From the NCBI GenBank assembly GCA_008690995.1, contig VRMN01000003.1, forward strand, positions 868,001 to 932,000: a DNA stretch of 64,000 nt. Direction: 5' to 3'. Position numbers and translations under genes: made by a program. Shown piece by piece: positions 31,591 to 41,766 of this stretch. Position 1 is the stretch's first letter. Each line of letters starts with the position of its first letter. The notes under the pieces are model-generated. The model ran no database searches. It saw only the letters and a program-made list of their open reading frames with translations, and had not been told where the DNA came from. Source of the DNA: Porphyridium purpureum. Its lineage: Eukaryota.

Positions 31591-33588
31591 CTACCACCAC
31601 CGCCATCCCAAAGAAACCGAGTACGTCAGACTCTCCACGTGGTGCGCCCAATCGCGAGGGAAATAGAGAGCATCACCGGGTCGCAGAACAACTTGTACGC
31701 TCTGCTGACGAAGCGCTTGCTCGACACCACCTGACCACAGGAAGCCCGTTCGACAGCGCCTCCGAAGCGGGTGGTCCAAGCCGTACGGGTCCAGCTCTGC
31801 CAAAACGGACGGCGGAAAAAGCGTGACTCGCTTGCTTCCCTGAATTTGAACCAGAAAAGAGTCGGCGTTATCATAATGCAGTGACGAAGTCGCACCCTGG
31901 CAGCTAATCCATATGCGTGCTTCCTGAGCAAATCCTTCAATAACAGGAATATGAGTCCACGGCTCCTGCAAATTGAGGTCGCACAGCAGAGCATCAGGTA
32001 CGCAATCCTGCACGTAGTATCTCTTTGGCGACTTTGCTCTGCGGATACTCCGGCAGTTCTCCCAGAACATCTGCATTGTCATTTTTGTGCTCCAACTCGG
32101 AGCCGGGAACGCTTTGTTGCGCACCTTAATGTGTGCCTCGGAACAAAACACGAAGAGAGGACCGATTTCTGACACCCGGACACTCAGTTTCCGCGATCTT
32201 AGGATGGTAGACAGGTACTTGAGATTCCATCTTTTCAATGCAGGCCAACTGCTCGCGGCCTGGTGCACAAGTAAAGGTTTAGACCGCATTCGTATGTGGC
32301 GCAAAATTTCAGCGGTGCTCTTTCCGTCGCAAATATCATACCCAAGACTTGGTAAGGTGAATTCTGAGTCATCGTCAAATAAGAAGAGCGGCTGCGTCTG
32401 ATCACGAATCAGTCCGTCCACGTCTACATCGTGGCCAAACAAACTAACGTCAAGGTCATTCCAAAGCCGCGAGAGTTTCTTGCGAGTCGGCGAGACTGAT
32501 CTTGATAATTTGCGCAGAGTAGACGGGCGAAAGGTTTGCATCGCTGCAAATGCCTCCCTCTGCTCTGCCTCTTTCGACCCATTATATGCATCAAAGGCAG
32601 ACCTGACGTAACGGGATTCGACCCATCCAAAGAGGTCCTCGGCAAGGCTGACCACAAGATCCACTTGCAAATCAGCTTCAGAGATGCCACAGCAGGCAAA
32701 CGCTAAAGCAGTTTCAAATGACAAGGCCTTTTCAGGATATACTCGCGACAGAATCGCGACGGCAGGGACCAGATCTCTTGCGAAATCAGTCGCGTTCGTC
32801 GTTTCTTCGGCCTCATGCCCCTCGAGAAACAGAAGCTCCACTGCAGCGCGAATCACGCTTTTCATAAACCATGCACACGCTGCCCACCTTTCCTCGCTAG
32901 AAGCCCCAGCTGCGCGCATCGTGTGCCGGGCGCGGAAAAAGCGCGTAAAGAGACTGTCTAGGCTGGCAGTTCCCGGACCGAGTTCAGGAAGCCAGTGGCA
33001 CAAGTCGAAGCACCCTCCCAGCCAAGCAGCCTGTCCTTTGATAACGTGGCAATCCGGAACGCCGACTACCAGGTCGTGCTGTGACTTTTTGGTACCGCCC
33101 GGTTTGCTCAGCACATCTAGCAGATCTTTACCGAGGCTATGAATCCGGATATCCACTCCGGCAACAAAATGGAAGCGCGCAGATCTCCGAACATGGGCAG
33201 CCACACATCGTCGAACCCAGGCAACCTGGTCTTCATCTAGCTCGTAGTCTAAGTACAGGATCAGGTCGATGTCAGATGAGCCATCCACGGCAAAGCCTCG
33301 TGCGACAGACCCTCGCAGATAGACCGCTAATGGGAGCGAGTGATGCGGAAACAATGCGGCAAGCGCATCAACCAGGCGCGCATAAGCAAATCGAGTCGCG
33401 TCGATCCATCGCGGCGCCACCTTGTCAAGCGACGCGTCGTTCTTCAAAATACCATTGACCACGCGCTGCGGAGCGCCGCGGGCTCGATCCACCTTTGTTT
33501 CCCTAGCGCTGACGCATGCAACTCGCACCGAGCTCCACGCTCGCCGCCATGAGTGCCGCTTTGCTTCCGCCGGCGCAGCAACAAACAT
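31591..33588 (-). CDS. Nucleotidyltransferase (Pol-beta superfamily)-JmjC (cupin_8) fusion protein
   Basis: YLRGSVARGFAVDGSSDIDL (GS..DxD) at the N-terminus. WPALKRW, LHYD, GSKRV and LRPGDALYFPRDWAHHVES at the C-terminus. One 665-codon ORF. Confidence 0.85.
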   Translation of the reverse strand: MFVAAPAEAKRHSWRRAWSSVRVACVSARETKVDRARGAPQRVVNGILKNDASLDKVAPRWIDATRFAYARLVDALAALFPHHSLPLAVYLRGSVARGFAVDGSSDIDLILYLDYELDEDQVAWVRRCVAAHVRRSARFHFVAGVDIRIHSLGKDLLDVLSKPGGTKKSQHDLVVGVPDCHVIKGQAAWLGGCFDLCHWLPELGPGTASLDSLFTRFFRARHTMRAAGASSEERWAACAWFMKSVIRAAVELLFLEGHEAEETTNATDFARDLVPAVAILSRVYPEKALSFETALAFACCGISEADLQVDLVVSLAEDLFGWVESRYVRSAFDAYNGSKEAEQREAFAAMQTFRPSTLRKLSRSVSPTRKKLSRLWNDLDVSLFGHDVDVDGLIRDQTQPLFLFDDDSEFTLPSLGYDICDGKSTAEILRHIRMRSKPLLVHQAASSWPALKRWNLKYLSTILRSRKLSVRVSEIGPLFVFCSEAHIKVRNKAFPAPSWSTKMTMQMFWENCRSIRRAKSPKRYYVQDCVPDALLCDLNLQEPWTHIPVIEGFAQEARIWISCQGATSSLHYDNADSFLVQIQGSKRVTLFPPSVLAELDPYGLDHPLRRRCRTGFLWSGGVEQALRQQSVQVVLRPGDALYFPRDWAHHVESLTYSVSLGWRWW

Positions 33589-33676
33589 CTACAATCGAGT
33601 CGAGCGCAACAAAGATATCGCCACGATAACCGGGAGCCAAGAGAAAAACTCCTCGGTGCGGCGCGCGCGGGATGGG

Positions 33677-36592
33677 ATGGCGCGGCGGCTGTATGGATTG
33701 TACGGGAGTTCTTCCGTGCTTGGACTGTGCTACGTGTGCGTGGTGGTAGGCGCTGCGCACGTGGTCAGCGAGAGTTATGCTGGCCCAAACGCGGTCGCTG
33801 CGTTGTTGCTCGTCCCGCTCCTTGTGTTGCAAGGTGTCTGGGCGCATTTAGATTCAAGGTCGGTATACGAGCATACAAGCAACGCGGATGAGAAGCACGG
33901 ACTGGGTGCACAGCACATTAAGCCTGCGCTGGTGGGGCTGGCCGTGTTTGCGTGTGTCGCGCTTGGACAGGTTTTCGTGGCTGGAACACTCGTGTCGTGC
34001 CTTGGAGTGCTCGGCCCCTTAAGAACACATTCGCTCTGCTCCCTCAGGTTTGGTGCAACGAGCATAGCTGCTCGCATAAGCGCGTTTCCGTGGGCTCGTA
34101 CAAAGCTAGCGCGTGACTATGCTCAACCTAGCTCGTCGTCTGGTGGTAGTGGCAGTGGCAGCCGAAGTGGTCGATTCAGGTTGAATGTGATGCAAAGCAG
34201 AAGACATGTGCTACTGGCGTATTTGCTTCTTGCCCTGGCGCTTGGAATCATGTTGTTTGAAGCAAGTGGCGTCGCTCCTGCGGATTACGAAATCGCGGAG
34301 CGCGTGCGAAGCGAAGGACATACATTGAAACAGGTCGCGCAGCGCGAAATCAAACGAGATCTCGGAATTCTTCGGCAGGCAAATGGTCGTTACATTCTGA
34401 GGCACACGCTACCGGAGCACCGTATCACAGAACTCGAGGCGCACCTAGATGAGTTACAATTACGCGATGGTGATGACCGCGGCATACATGGGGTCGATCC
34501 CAATGGCGCTGATGAAAATGACAATGCCGTCGGCCAGAACGCAAACGCAATAGCAGGGCTCGTAGATCAGCAGCAATATCACGGCGGGCAACGGAGGCTG
34601 TTGGCAGATGGAGATCTTGATGCGGACGATGACAGCGTATCACTCGCTTTAGAAGCTCAAGATCGCGGTCGTCGCCATCGGCTTGAAGAGAAGGGTATTA
34701 GGCTTGATGCTGGTGTACAAGGCGCAGAGGGCGAAAGTGTGCAGAGACCTGGTGTGCGCGACCGGCAAGCCGATGACATTGGCGATATTCCCCAAGAGGA
34801 TGACGAAGCGGTTGATGAGGTCATTTTAGAAGAATCGCAATCTAGCGGCGAATTTCGCCGGGATTACATGTACCTTTTCCTTCGAGGAGTTGCTGCAGCA
34901 TGCGTCTTTCAGCTGGCATTGGATTGGCTTTTCGGAAATCGCACTTTAATAGCGGACCACATATCTGTGCCGCCGGGGTCAAGAACCGGAGTTCACGCAA
35001 GTACGCGAACGGTTGATGGCTCGGTGCACATTTCTTTGTCCAAATCGCGTAGTCGGAAGGTAGTGCTGGCCGCCACGCTTGCAGCCACAGCATACTTTGC
35101 GGCCGTGGCATGGCAAAAAGGGGAATTCTCGCAAATTTATTTTCTGACGGAAAGCGCACCTCGCTCGGCGCTGTTCTGGATAAGTCTACTCCTCGCCTCT
35201 GTTGCTGTCTTTCTGCTCCCATGGAGGCAGTTCGGTTCAGAGCGCTGCCGGCGATCACTGTTCAGCAACACACCAACTTCGCGCTACTTGCTGATGCTTA
35301 GTGCGTGGGGAATCATATTTATTCGCTTACTAACAACGTGGGAAACGGCCGACTCCGTTTTGATTCTTTTGCTGGCAGAAACTGCTGCCTTGTCGGGTTT
35401 ATTTCTGCTAGAAGCGGTAGACCACCACGGCCTTCGAAACGACTCGCAGCCGTGGCTTCCGCTCTCTGAACGAGGAAAAGGCAGCAGTGGGAGCCATGGG
35501 CACCAGACCAAGACCTCATCGAAGCACTCTGCTTTTGGTGATCATTTCCATGGCGCGCACGACACGTTTAGTGGCTCTCAGCCCGAGGAGGACTTGTTGT
35601 TTGATATTTTTGTCGAGACAATAGAAGTTGCGCGCGGCATGCTTGCGTTTTATGAGCGAATGCGCCGAGATCGCGAGTCATGGCAGCTGTTGAACTTCTT
35701 GATCGTCCAATTTCTCATGGTTACGATTGAGTACATGTATGGTACACTGACGGACTCGGTGGGGCTCATATCCGCGAGCGCCCACACGGTCTTCTGCTGC
35801 CTGGCCCTAATGATTGGGCTTCTGGCCATTGAGCTGTCACACCGTGCTCAACAGACCAGTCAGCGTACCGGTGCATATCGGTATGAGTCCTTGTCTGGCT
35901 TCATCAACGGGATCTTGCTCGTGTATGTTGCCTTTTTAGTGCTTTTTGAGAGCATTGACCGTTTCCTGGAGCCCCCGACGATTGAAAGTGCGCGTGTTGT
36001 TATCATCTCAGCGCTCAACGCGCTTCTGAATGGTCTCGGTCTCTTATTCTTTCCGAACGAGAGCCGCCGAGAAAACCATAACTTGGAAGGTGCTTACCTT
36101 CACATCTGGTCGAACACGCTGCCCAGTGTGGGTCTGTTGTTGTCTACTCTGCTGTCAGAATTTCTCGGCTGGAGTCATGCAGAGCCAGCGGTGGCCTTCA
36201 TTGTCTCGTTACTGATTGGCGGGTCGTCACTGCCATTGCTGCGTCGCAGCGTACAGCTTTTGATCCTGCGCGTACCATGTGACCGCGAGGAGGCAGTGGG
36301 TCGAGTGCAAGGTTTAATTGCAGGTATCCATGAGTGTGTGCACATTACTCAGTTTCATGCATGGGAGGCGACCCCCGAGGTGCTAAGCCTGTCCATGCGT
36401 CTGTCAATCGGAGCGTGCTGCAGGTCCGAAGTGATCCGACGGGAAGTGCTTGCCTGTGTGGAGAGCGAGCTGCTGTGCAGCGACGTTTGTGTCGAAGTTG
36501 CTGTACGTCCAGCATCGGGCCATGAAGGGTCAGTCCCTGTGGTGCACGCAGTAAGCAGCGCGCCAAAGCGGCCAAGTACGTCGTCGGTCTAA
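33677..36592 (+). CDS. Cation diffusion facilitator, ZnT5/Msc2-like with long multi-TM N-terminus
   Basis: C-terminal CDF core: EYMYGTLTDSVGLIS, RYESLSGFING, ESIDRFLEPP, NLEGAYLH, LILRVP. Confidence 0.85.
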   Translation: MARRLYGLYGSSSVLGLCYVCVVVGAAHVVSESYAGPNAVAALLLVPLLVLQGVWAHLDSRSVYEHTSNADEKHGLGAQHIKPALVGLAVFACVALGQVFVAGTLVSCLGVLGPLRTHSLCSLRFGATSIAARISAFPWARTKLARDYAQPSSSSGGSGSGSRSGRFRLNVMQSRRHVLLAYLLLALALGIMLFEASGVAPADYEIAERVRSEGHTLKQVAQREIKRDLGILRQANGRYILRHTLPEHRITELEAHLDELQLRDGDDRGIHGVDPNGADENDNAVGQNANAIAGLVDQQQYHGGQRRLLADGDLDADDDSVSLALEAQDRGRRHRLEEKGIRLDAGVQGAEGESVQRPGVRDRQADDIGDIPQEDDEAVDEVILEESQSSGEFRRDYMYLFLRGVAAACVFQLALDWLFGNRTLIADHISVPPGSRTGVHASTRTVDGSVHISLSKSRSRKVVLAATLAATAYFAAVAWQKGEFSQIYFLTESAPRSALFWISLLLASVAVFLLPWRQFGSERCRRSLFSNTPTSRYLLMLSAWGIIFIRLLTTWETADSVLILLLAETAALSGLFLLEAVDHHGLRNDSQPWLPLSERGKGSSGSHGHQTKTSSKHSAFGDHFHGAHDTFSGSQPEEDLLFDIFVETIEVARGMLAFYERMRRDRESWQLLNFLIVQFLMVTIEYMYGTLTDSVGLISASAHTVFCCLALMIGLLAIELSHRAQQTSQRTGAYRYESLSGFINGILLVYVAFLVLFESIDRFLEPPTIESARVVIISALNALLNGLGLLFFPNESRRENHNLEGAYLHIWSNTLPSVGLLLSTLLSEFLGWSHAEPAVAFIVSLLIGGSSLPLLRRSVQLLILRVPCDREEAVGRVQGLIAGIHECVHITQFHAWEATPEVLSLSMRLSIGACCRSEVIRREVLACVESELLCSDVCVEVAVRPASGHEGSVPVVHAVSSAPKRPSTSSV

Positions 36593-36693
36593 CAGTAAGT
36601 AAAGGACTCGAAAGCACAAGGAGCGCGTTCTCCCCTGTTGCAACTCTGCAAAGCCGCACAATAACAAAGGTGGATCATCTTTACTTGTGACGA

Positions 36694-37209
36694 TTATGCG
36701 GCCTTGGGCGCCTCAAAGTCTTTGATGACGATCTCGCCGCTGTCAATTGCCTCGATGATTTCATGTGGCTTCCTCTTGTCGACGGTGCATCCAACCGACT
36801 GGCATGTCCCGAGCACCTCCTTGACCGTGCCTGACATGTGCCTGGCCATGGAACGCCCACGGGTCAGCTTGGCGATTTCCTCGACCTGCTTGAGGGTGAT
36901 GTTCCCGCTGTGTGCGACGTTCTTGACCTTCTTCCTGTCCCTCGCCGGCTCCTTGAGCGCCTTGATGACCATCGAGGCCGCGCTCGGGCAGACCTCCACT
37001 GTCGCTTGCCTATTTTGCACAACGAGCTTGCACATCACGCGCAGACCCTTCCAGTCCTTGGTGGCCTTTGCCAGCTGCTCACCAATCTTCTTCGGCGACA
37101 GGCCGAGCGGACCAATCTTGGGCGCCAGCGACGACACGGCGCCTATCTCTCCTCCCAGCGTCCGCACGTACACGATGGAAATCTCGTTCGGATCATTTTT
37201 CGGCGCCAT
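36694..37209 (-). CDS. RPL12: 60S ribosomal protein L12 (uL11)
   Basis: [52 protein letters not shown]. Confidence 0.97.
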   Translation of the reverse strand: MAPKNDPNEISIVYVRTLGGEIGAVSSLAPKIGPLGLSPKKIGEQLAKATKDWKGLRVMCKLVVQNRQATVEVCPSAASMVIKALKEPARDRKKVKNVAHSGNITLKQVEEIAKLTRGRSMARHMSGTVKEVLGTCQSVGCTVDKRKPHEIIEAIDSGEIVIKDFEAPKAA

Positions 37210-37662
37210 CTTGATCCACCCGCGTCACGCTCTCCTGCCCAACCCTTTGCTTTCCTCTCCCTCCTCTCCCCTCCTCTTCCCTCCCCACCCTTTGACCTGC
37301 CATTCTAGCCAAGTAAAGCGAATCACCACATGCACTCCTCATATGAGCTTTCCGCCGCACCTATTAAACCGCCGCTGTTTTACTATCAACCTCCTCATCG
37401 CTCGTGCGCGGCGCCGCCGTCCCGCAGCACGCGCGTTCGCCAAAAGCTGTACACCCACCCACCCAAGCGGTACAGCGCAATCCATTGCGCATGGCGGGCA
37501 CCGACTGTACCACCATCACATGCGGTACACTTCCCGCGCCGCCAAATCTGTGCAAGCCGACGTCCCGTGCTCTGCCCCCGGGTGTACAGTCCTGTGCGTT
37601 TTCTTGCTCGTGTTCTTTTCAAAACGCGCGCGTGGTAGACAGTCTGGGCGTTGCTGTCGTGT

Positions 37663-37690
37663 TGGTGGTGGTGGTGGTGGTGGTGGTGGT
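37663..37690. repeat. (TGG)9 microsatellite
   Basis: Read directly, in the RPL12/nuclease intergenic region. Confidence 0.9.
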
Positions 37691-38413
37691 AACGACGCAC
37701 ATGCCAAGAAGGGGTGATAGAATGGAGGCGTTTTAGTACGGAAATCGAATCAGGGTCGTATTCAAAAATATCTGTGCGACGCGTGGAACGGAGCAGCAGG
37801 GAGGAAGAAGAAGGGGGATGGACAAGCGTTCATAGTTTGTTGGCTCAGTTCACTGTTTCAGAGAGAGAGTGAGAGAGAGACAGGAATGCGCGCGACTGAG
37901 AAAGAAAGGAAACATTCAAAAAACCCGCTGTTTTAGAACCATTTTGTGGGTTTTTTTTTTCCTTTTGGGTTGTTTGGTGTTAGTTGGCGTTAGATGAGAA
38001 CGAGACTGAGAGACAGAGAGAGAGATTGAGAGATATTAACGGGAAAGTCGAGTTTGGCGCAAGGTGGGTGGGGAGGGAGGGCTGTTTGAGTAGGGGCGGG
38101 GGTGGGAGCGAGGAAGGAAAGGGAAGGGTGACACGAGCGTGCGGGTGGAGAGGCGCTTCTGACAGAGACCAACGTGACGGACGCGACAACACGCAGGTGG
38201 GTGGGCGGTGCCGTGTGGGCGTCGCGCGTCGTGCACATTGCGGAGTGGACTTGTCCAGCGGCGGGGCGGTGCTGGGGCTGGCGTGGCGGCGGCGCGGCTC
38301 GGCTGGGGGATCTTGCGCGCACGTGCGAGAGAGCGGAATTGGCGCACGCAGTGCTTGTGTGGTGGAGTTGTAGGGCCCGGGGCCACCTGAACAGACGTGA
38401 CTGAAACTTCACA

Positions 38414-39562
38414 ATGGAGCATCCACTTGGCTTTGTTCTCGGCGCCGCGTGGACTGGGCGCGTGAGCGCAGTCGGTCGTGCTCGCGCCGAGCCGGCTGTG
38501 AGCAGCGGTCGGCTGGACACGCGCGTGGGCGTGGGCCGCGCGCGCCGCGCGCCCGTCATCACGTGCCAGGGCGCGGACAAGGAGCCCAATTACAACGCCA
38601 AGGGCGGGTTCGACCCGGCCGAGGATGCCGATTATGTGGAAGTGCGCATTTACACTGTCGGCCCGCATGATGATCAGGGCTCGTGCATGATCTCGCTCAA
38701 GCCTGTTTGCAAGGACGCCAAGCACGCGTTACGAATGCACGTGATGACCTCCCAGGCAGAAGCCATGCAAGCCTCCCTCGACCGCGGCAAGCGGAAGCAA
38801 CACATGCAAAAGCTGGCGCAGTTCTACGAAGGCTCAAATCCAGCGCTCAGCCCAAGTCAGTCCAGCTCGGAAGAAAATTCAGCCATGTACCCGCAGAGCT
38901 TACCATACATGCAAGCGCATCCTTCTGGGCCTGGCGTAGGGCCTCTCGGCAGCCAGCAGACTTCCTATAATAGTACGTTTGGGCGCCCATCCACACACGA
39001 CCTCTTCCATATGATTTTGGATTCTCAGCTGATTCTCGTGACCAAAGTGGCCATTACGCACATTGCAAACGATGTGTATGTGGCTCGAGTGTGGGTGCGA
39101 ACGGCCGGCAGTGCAGAGACAAGCATGGACGCGCGACCGTCGGACGCCATCACGCTCGCGCTGAACAGTATGGCACCGATTTATTTGAACAAGTATTTAC
39201 TGGGGCGAAACGGCACCGAGATCACAGCGGTGCAGCGAGATGTGCGCAGAGGGTTTGCGCTGGAAATCCGGTACGAGAACGAGGTCAAGACGACCTCCTC
39301 TTTGGCCGTGGAGCTGAAGGACGCCCCAGAACAGATAGAGCTCTCTAAGCTCAAGATGAGACTCGACATGGCAGTGCGGCTCGAGCGCTTTCACGAGGCC
39401 GCACATTTATACAAAAGGATCCAAAAGCTGTGCCCACTGGAAGTGCTCAATGAACAACTTCAGGACGCCATTTCTAGAAACGACTTTCAACTCGCCTCAC
39501 GTCTTCGGGACGAAATCTACGAATGGCGACTCAGATTGATTCGCTGGGAACTCGGCGAATAG
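38414..39562 (+). CDS. Bifunctional nuclease (DUF151/BFN) with two C-terminal UVR motifs, plastid-targeted
   Basis: RPSTHDL, DARPSDAI.LAL..API. UVR-like LDMAVRLERFHEAA and LQDAISRNDFQLASRLRDEI. Confidence 0.88.
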   Translation: MEHPLGFVLGAAWTGRVSAVGRARAEPAVSSGRLDTRVGVGRARRAPVITCQGADKEPNYNAKGGFDPAEDADYVEVRIYTVGPHDDQGSCMISLKPVCKDAKHALRMHVMTSQAEAMQASLDRGKRKQHMQKLAQFYEGSNPALSPSQSSSEENSAMYPQSLPYMQAHPSGPGVGPLGSQQTSYNSTFGRPSTHDLFHMILDSQLILVTKVAITHIANDVYVARVWVRTAGSAETSMDARPSDAITLALNSMAPIYLNKYLLGRNGTEITAVQRDVRRGFALEIRYENEVKTTSSLAVELKDAPEQIELSKLKMRLDMAVRLERFHEAAHLYKRIQKLCPLEVLNEQLQDAISRNDFQLASRLRDEIYEWRLRLIRWELGE

Positions 39563-39876
39563 CAGAAGAGCCCGCGCGCTCGGACATCAAGGTTTTTCGT
39601 TTTCCGGTGCGTGTCGTTGATCTCGTGCTTGTGCATATTTTGGCCTGGATTTGTCCAGGCATTTTTGAAAAGAGAGGGTTGTTCGGCTCGTGGACATTGC
39701 TTTTCGCGTCGCATTCATCTCACTTTCGACTGTTTGTCTTGGTAGTCCACCTGTTATAATGGTGCCGCGTGTCTTTTATCGTCCTAAAACAATGATGAAT
39801 ATGTGTTGCGCACGCGAGAACACGGTAATCTGCGGAGCGCGTACCTTTGGCGCTCGCTTCCACAGGCACCAATGAC

Positions 39877-40563
39877 TCACACAACGAGGCCTCTCCTGCT
39901 CCGCTTTCGCGCGGTGGCGCCGTACGTCCGATGTAAGAAAACCACCTGCACCGCCGCGAAACCGATGACCTGGACTATGAGCAGCCGGCTCCAAAACCGT
40001 TTGGACGACTCTGTGCGCTTCACGACCTCCAGCATGCGCTGCGCGCGGATCTCGTGCCCGTGCACCTCGCGCATGAACCGGCGCGCATTTGAGTTTATGT
40101 CGACGATTTTGAGTCCGACGCTGTCAAGCTGGTGGACCTTGGCGAGCGCTTCTAGGTCAACCTCAACTTCATTCTCGCTTTCCAAAACAAACGCGACAGA
40201 TGCCTTGCGCAGAAACGAGTCCGCAAGTTTAAAGCAGTATCGATACGTGCCAGTTTCCTCGGCCATCAAATTGAAATGACCCTCCGCCACCTTGTCTGCG
40301 GTGAAGAGCGGAGTCTCGCCTGCTTCATCCGAAGGGCCATGAATGGCCACCAAAAGCTTCGCATCCGGTGGGCTGATCACGCCGAAAGAACCGGCGATTT
40401 TATCTCCCTGGTGGCCGTCCTCGAAAAAGCAATCATCCTGGCTCGGCCCGACCAGCTCGAAGATGATGCTGTCACACCCGCGCGGCGCGGAGGCCCACGT
40501 GGCCGCCAAAATAACCAACACGGCGACCATGCCGCGACGCGGCGGAGTGAGCGCGAGCGCCAT
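39877..40563 (-). CDS. p24/emp24 GOLD-domain cargo receptor
   Basis: Signal peptide, DCFFE...GTYRYCF GOLD cysteines, coiled region, C-terminal TM and short tail. Confidence 0.88.
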   Translation of the reverse strand: MALALTPPRRGMVAVLVILAATWASAPRGCDSIIFELVGPSQDDCFFEDGHQGDKIAGSFGVISPPDAKLLVAIHGPSDEAGETPLFTADKVAEGHFNLMAEETGTYRYCFKLADSFLRKASVAFVLESENEVEVDLEALAKVHQLDSVGLKIVDINSNARRFMREVHGHEIRAQRMLEVVKRTESSKRFWSRLLIVQVIGFAAVQVVFLHRTYGATARKRSRRGLVV

Positions 40564-41277
40564 CGTCCTCGCACAGCTCAAAGTCTGGTCGAGGTCGCGG
40601 TGTCCGCACTTCACTGTCTCGTTGATCGCGCTGCGTGAAACTTAAACCAGAGACGCATCGCGTCAACGTGAAACCCTAGGACAGCATCGAGGGATCGACT
40701 CCCTCGCGTCTCACGTTGGGTCGTAGCGTGGCGCAGCCACCAAACCAGTTCAGATAGTACTATCGCTTGTGCCTAGAGCGGCGGGCACACGCGCGAGTAC
40801 CGGTACGAGGGCGCGTGCGTACCTGCTAGCCGGCCAATATGTTGCACTAAGACCAAGCTGTGGATGTCACGCTGGCATGAAGAGAAGACTGGGGCTTTCA
40901 TGTGTCGTGTGCGTACAAAAGCCGGAGCTTAAGGCCGAAAGGGATCGTCATCCGTGAGCGAGTGCATGTTCAAAATTTGAAGAGTCAAGACACGTCTGTT
41001 TGGCTTGGATACATTCTCGCCCAAGCAAGCGACAGAGTACCAAGAGTGAGAGACTGGCAACGCTGACGGGGTCGAACTAATCTGTCAGATTCGCAACCAG
41101 GCGTGAAAATGCCCGCGAACACTACCTTCACAACGGCGAGCGCATTCTTTAATTGTCTTATTCGTGCTAATTTTGCGATGAGTGCGCATCGTCCGGACGG
41201 AACGTGCACGCACTCGCTCCGCGTCGCTCCGGTTCGCACCCGCAACGTCGAACACACGGGTTGTCCGGAGGTGACCG

Positions 41278-41766
41278 TCATGATTCCATGCTCCTAATTT
41301 TGTCGAGAATTCGAGAAAATGTCGGAAAATCAATCACTTTGGTCTTTGGATCGGCCTCGAGCATCATGATCTCTGTTTCCTCGAGCGAGACGTCTGCGCC
41401 GATGCCGCGGAGCACTGCGAACAGCTCTGCCTTGCTGACGTCGCCAGAACCATCTCGGTCAAATACCTCGAACAACTCCTTGTCGTCAATCGCGAACGAC
41501 TCGCGATCGAAATACTTGGCCATGACCTTGAGAAACTGCGCAAAGTCAAGCGACGGCTCCACCAAGCTATCTCTTTTCTCCCCCTGCGGCAGACTGTCAC
41601 CGTCGTGCTGTGCCTCCTGAACAATAGCCCTCAACTCGTTATCACTGATCTTCTCCCCCATGGCATGAAAAATTACGCCCAGCTCCTTGGCGTCAATCGA
41701 CCCGCTATCATCCGGGTCGAACGCACGAAACGCGAGCTTAAAGTTCTTCAGCGTTTCCTCATCCAT
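41278..41766 (-). CDS. Calmodulin-like EF-hand protein
   Basis: Canonical loops DPDDSGSIDAKE and DRDGSGDVSKAE; EF2 and EF4 are degenerate. Confidence 0.85.
   Translation of the reverse strand: MDEETLKNFKLAFRAFDPDDSGSIDAKELGVIFHAMGEKISDNELRAIVQEAQHDGDSLPQGEKRDSLVEPSLDFAQFLKVMAKYFDRESFAIDDKELFEVFDRDGSGDVSKAELFAVLRGIGADVSLEETEIMMLEADPKTKVIDFPTFSRILDKIRSMES

Noticed and set aside
33422..33676. ORF-track N-terminal extensions from TTG/GTG starts (also at 19501, 29388, 51739 and others)
   Set aside because: Eukaryotic genes start at ATG, and some of these extensions (33422, 19501) overlap the neighbouring divergent gene.
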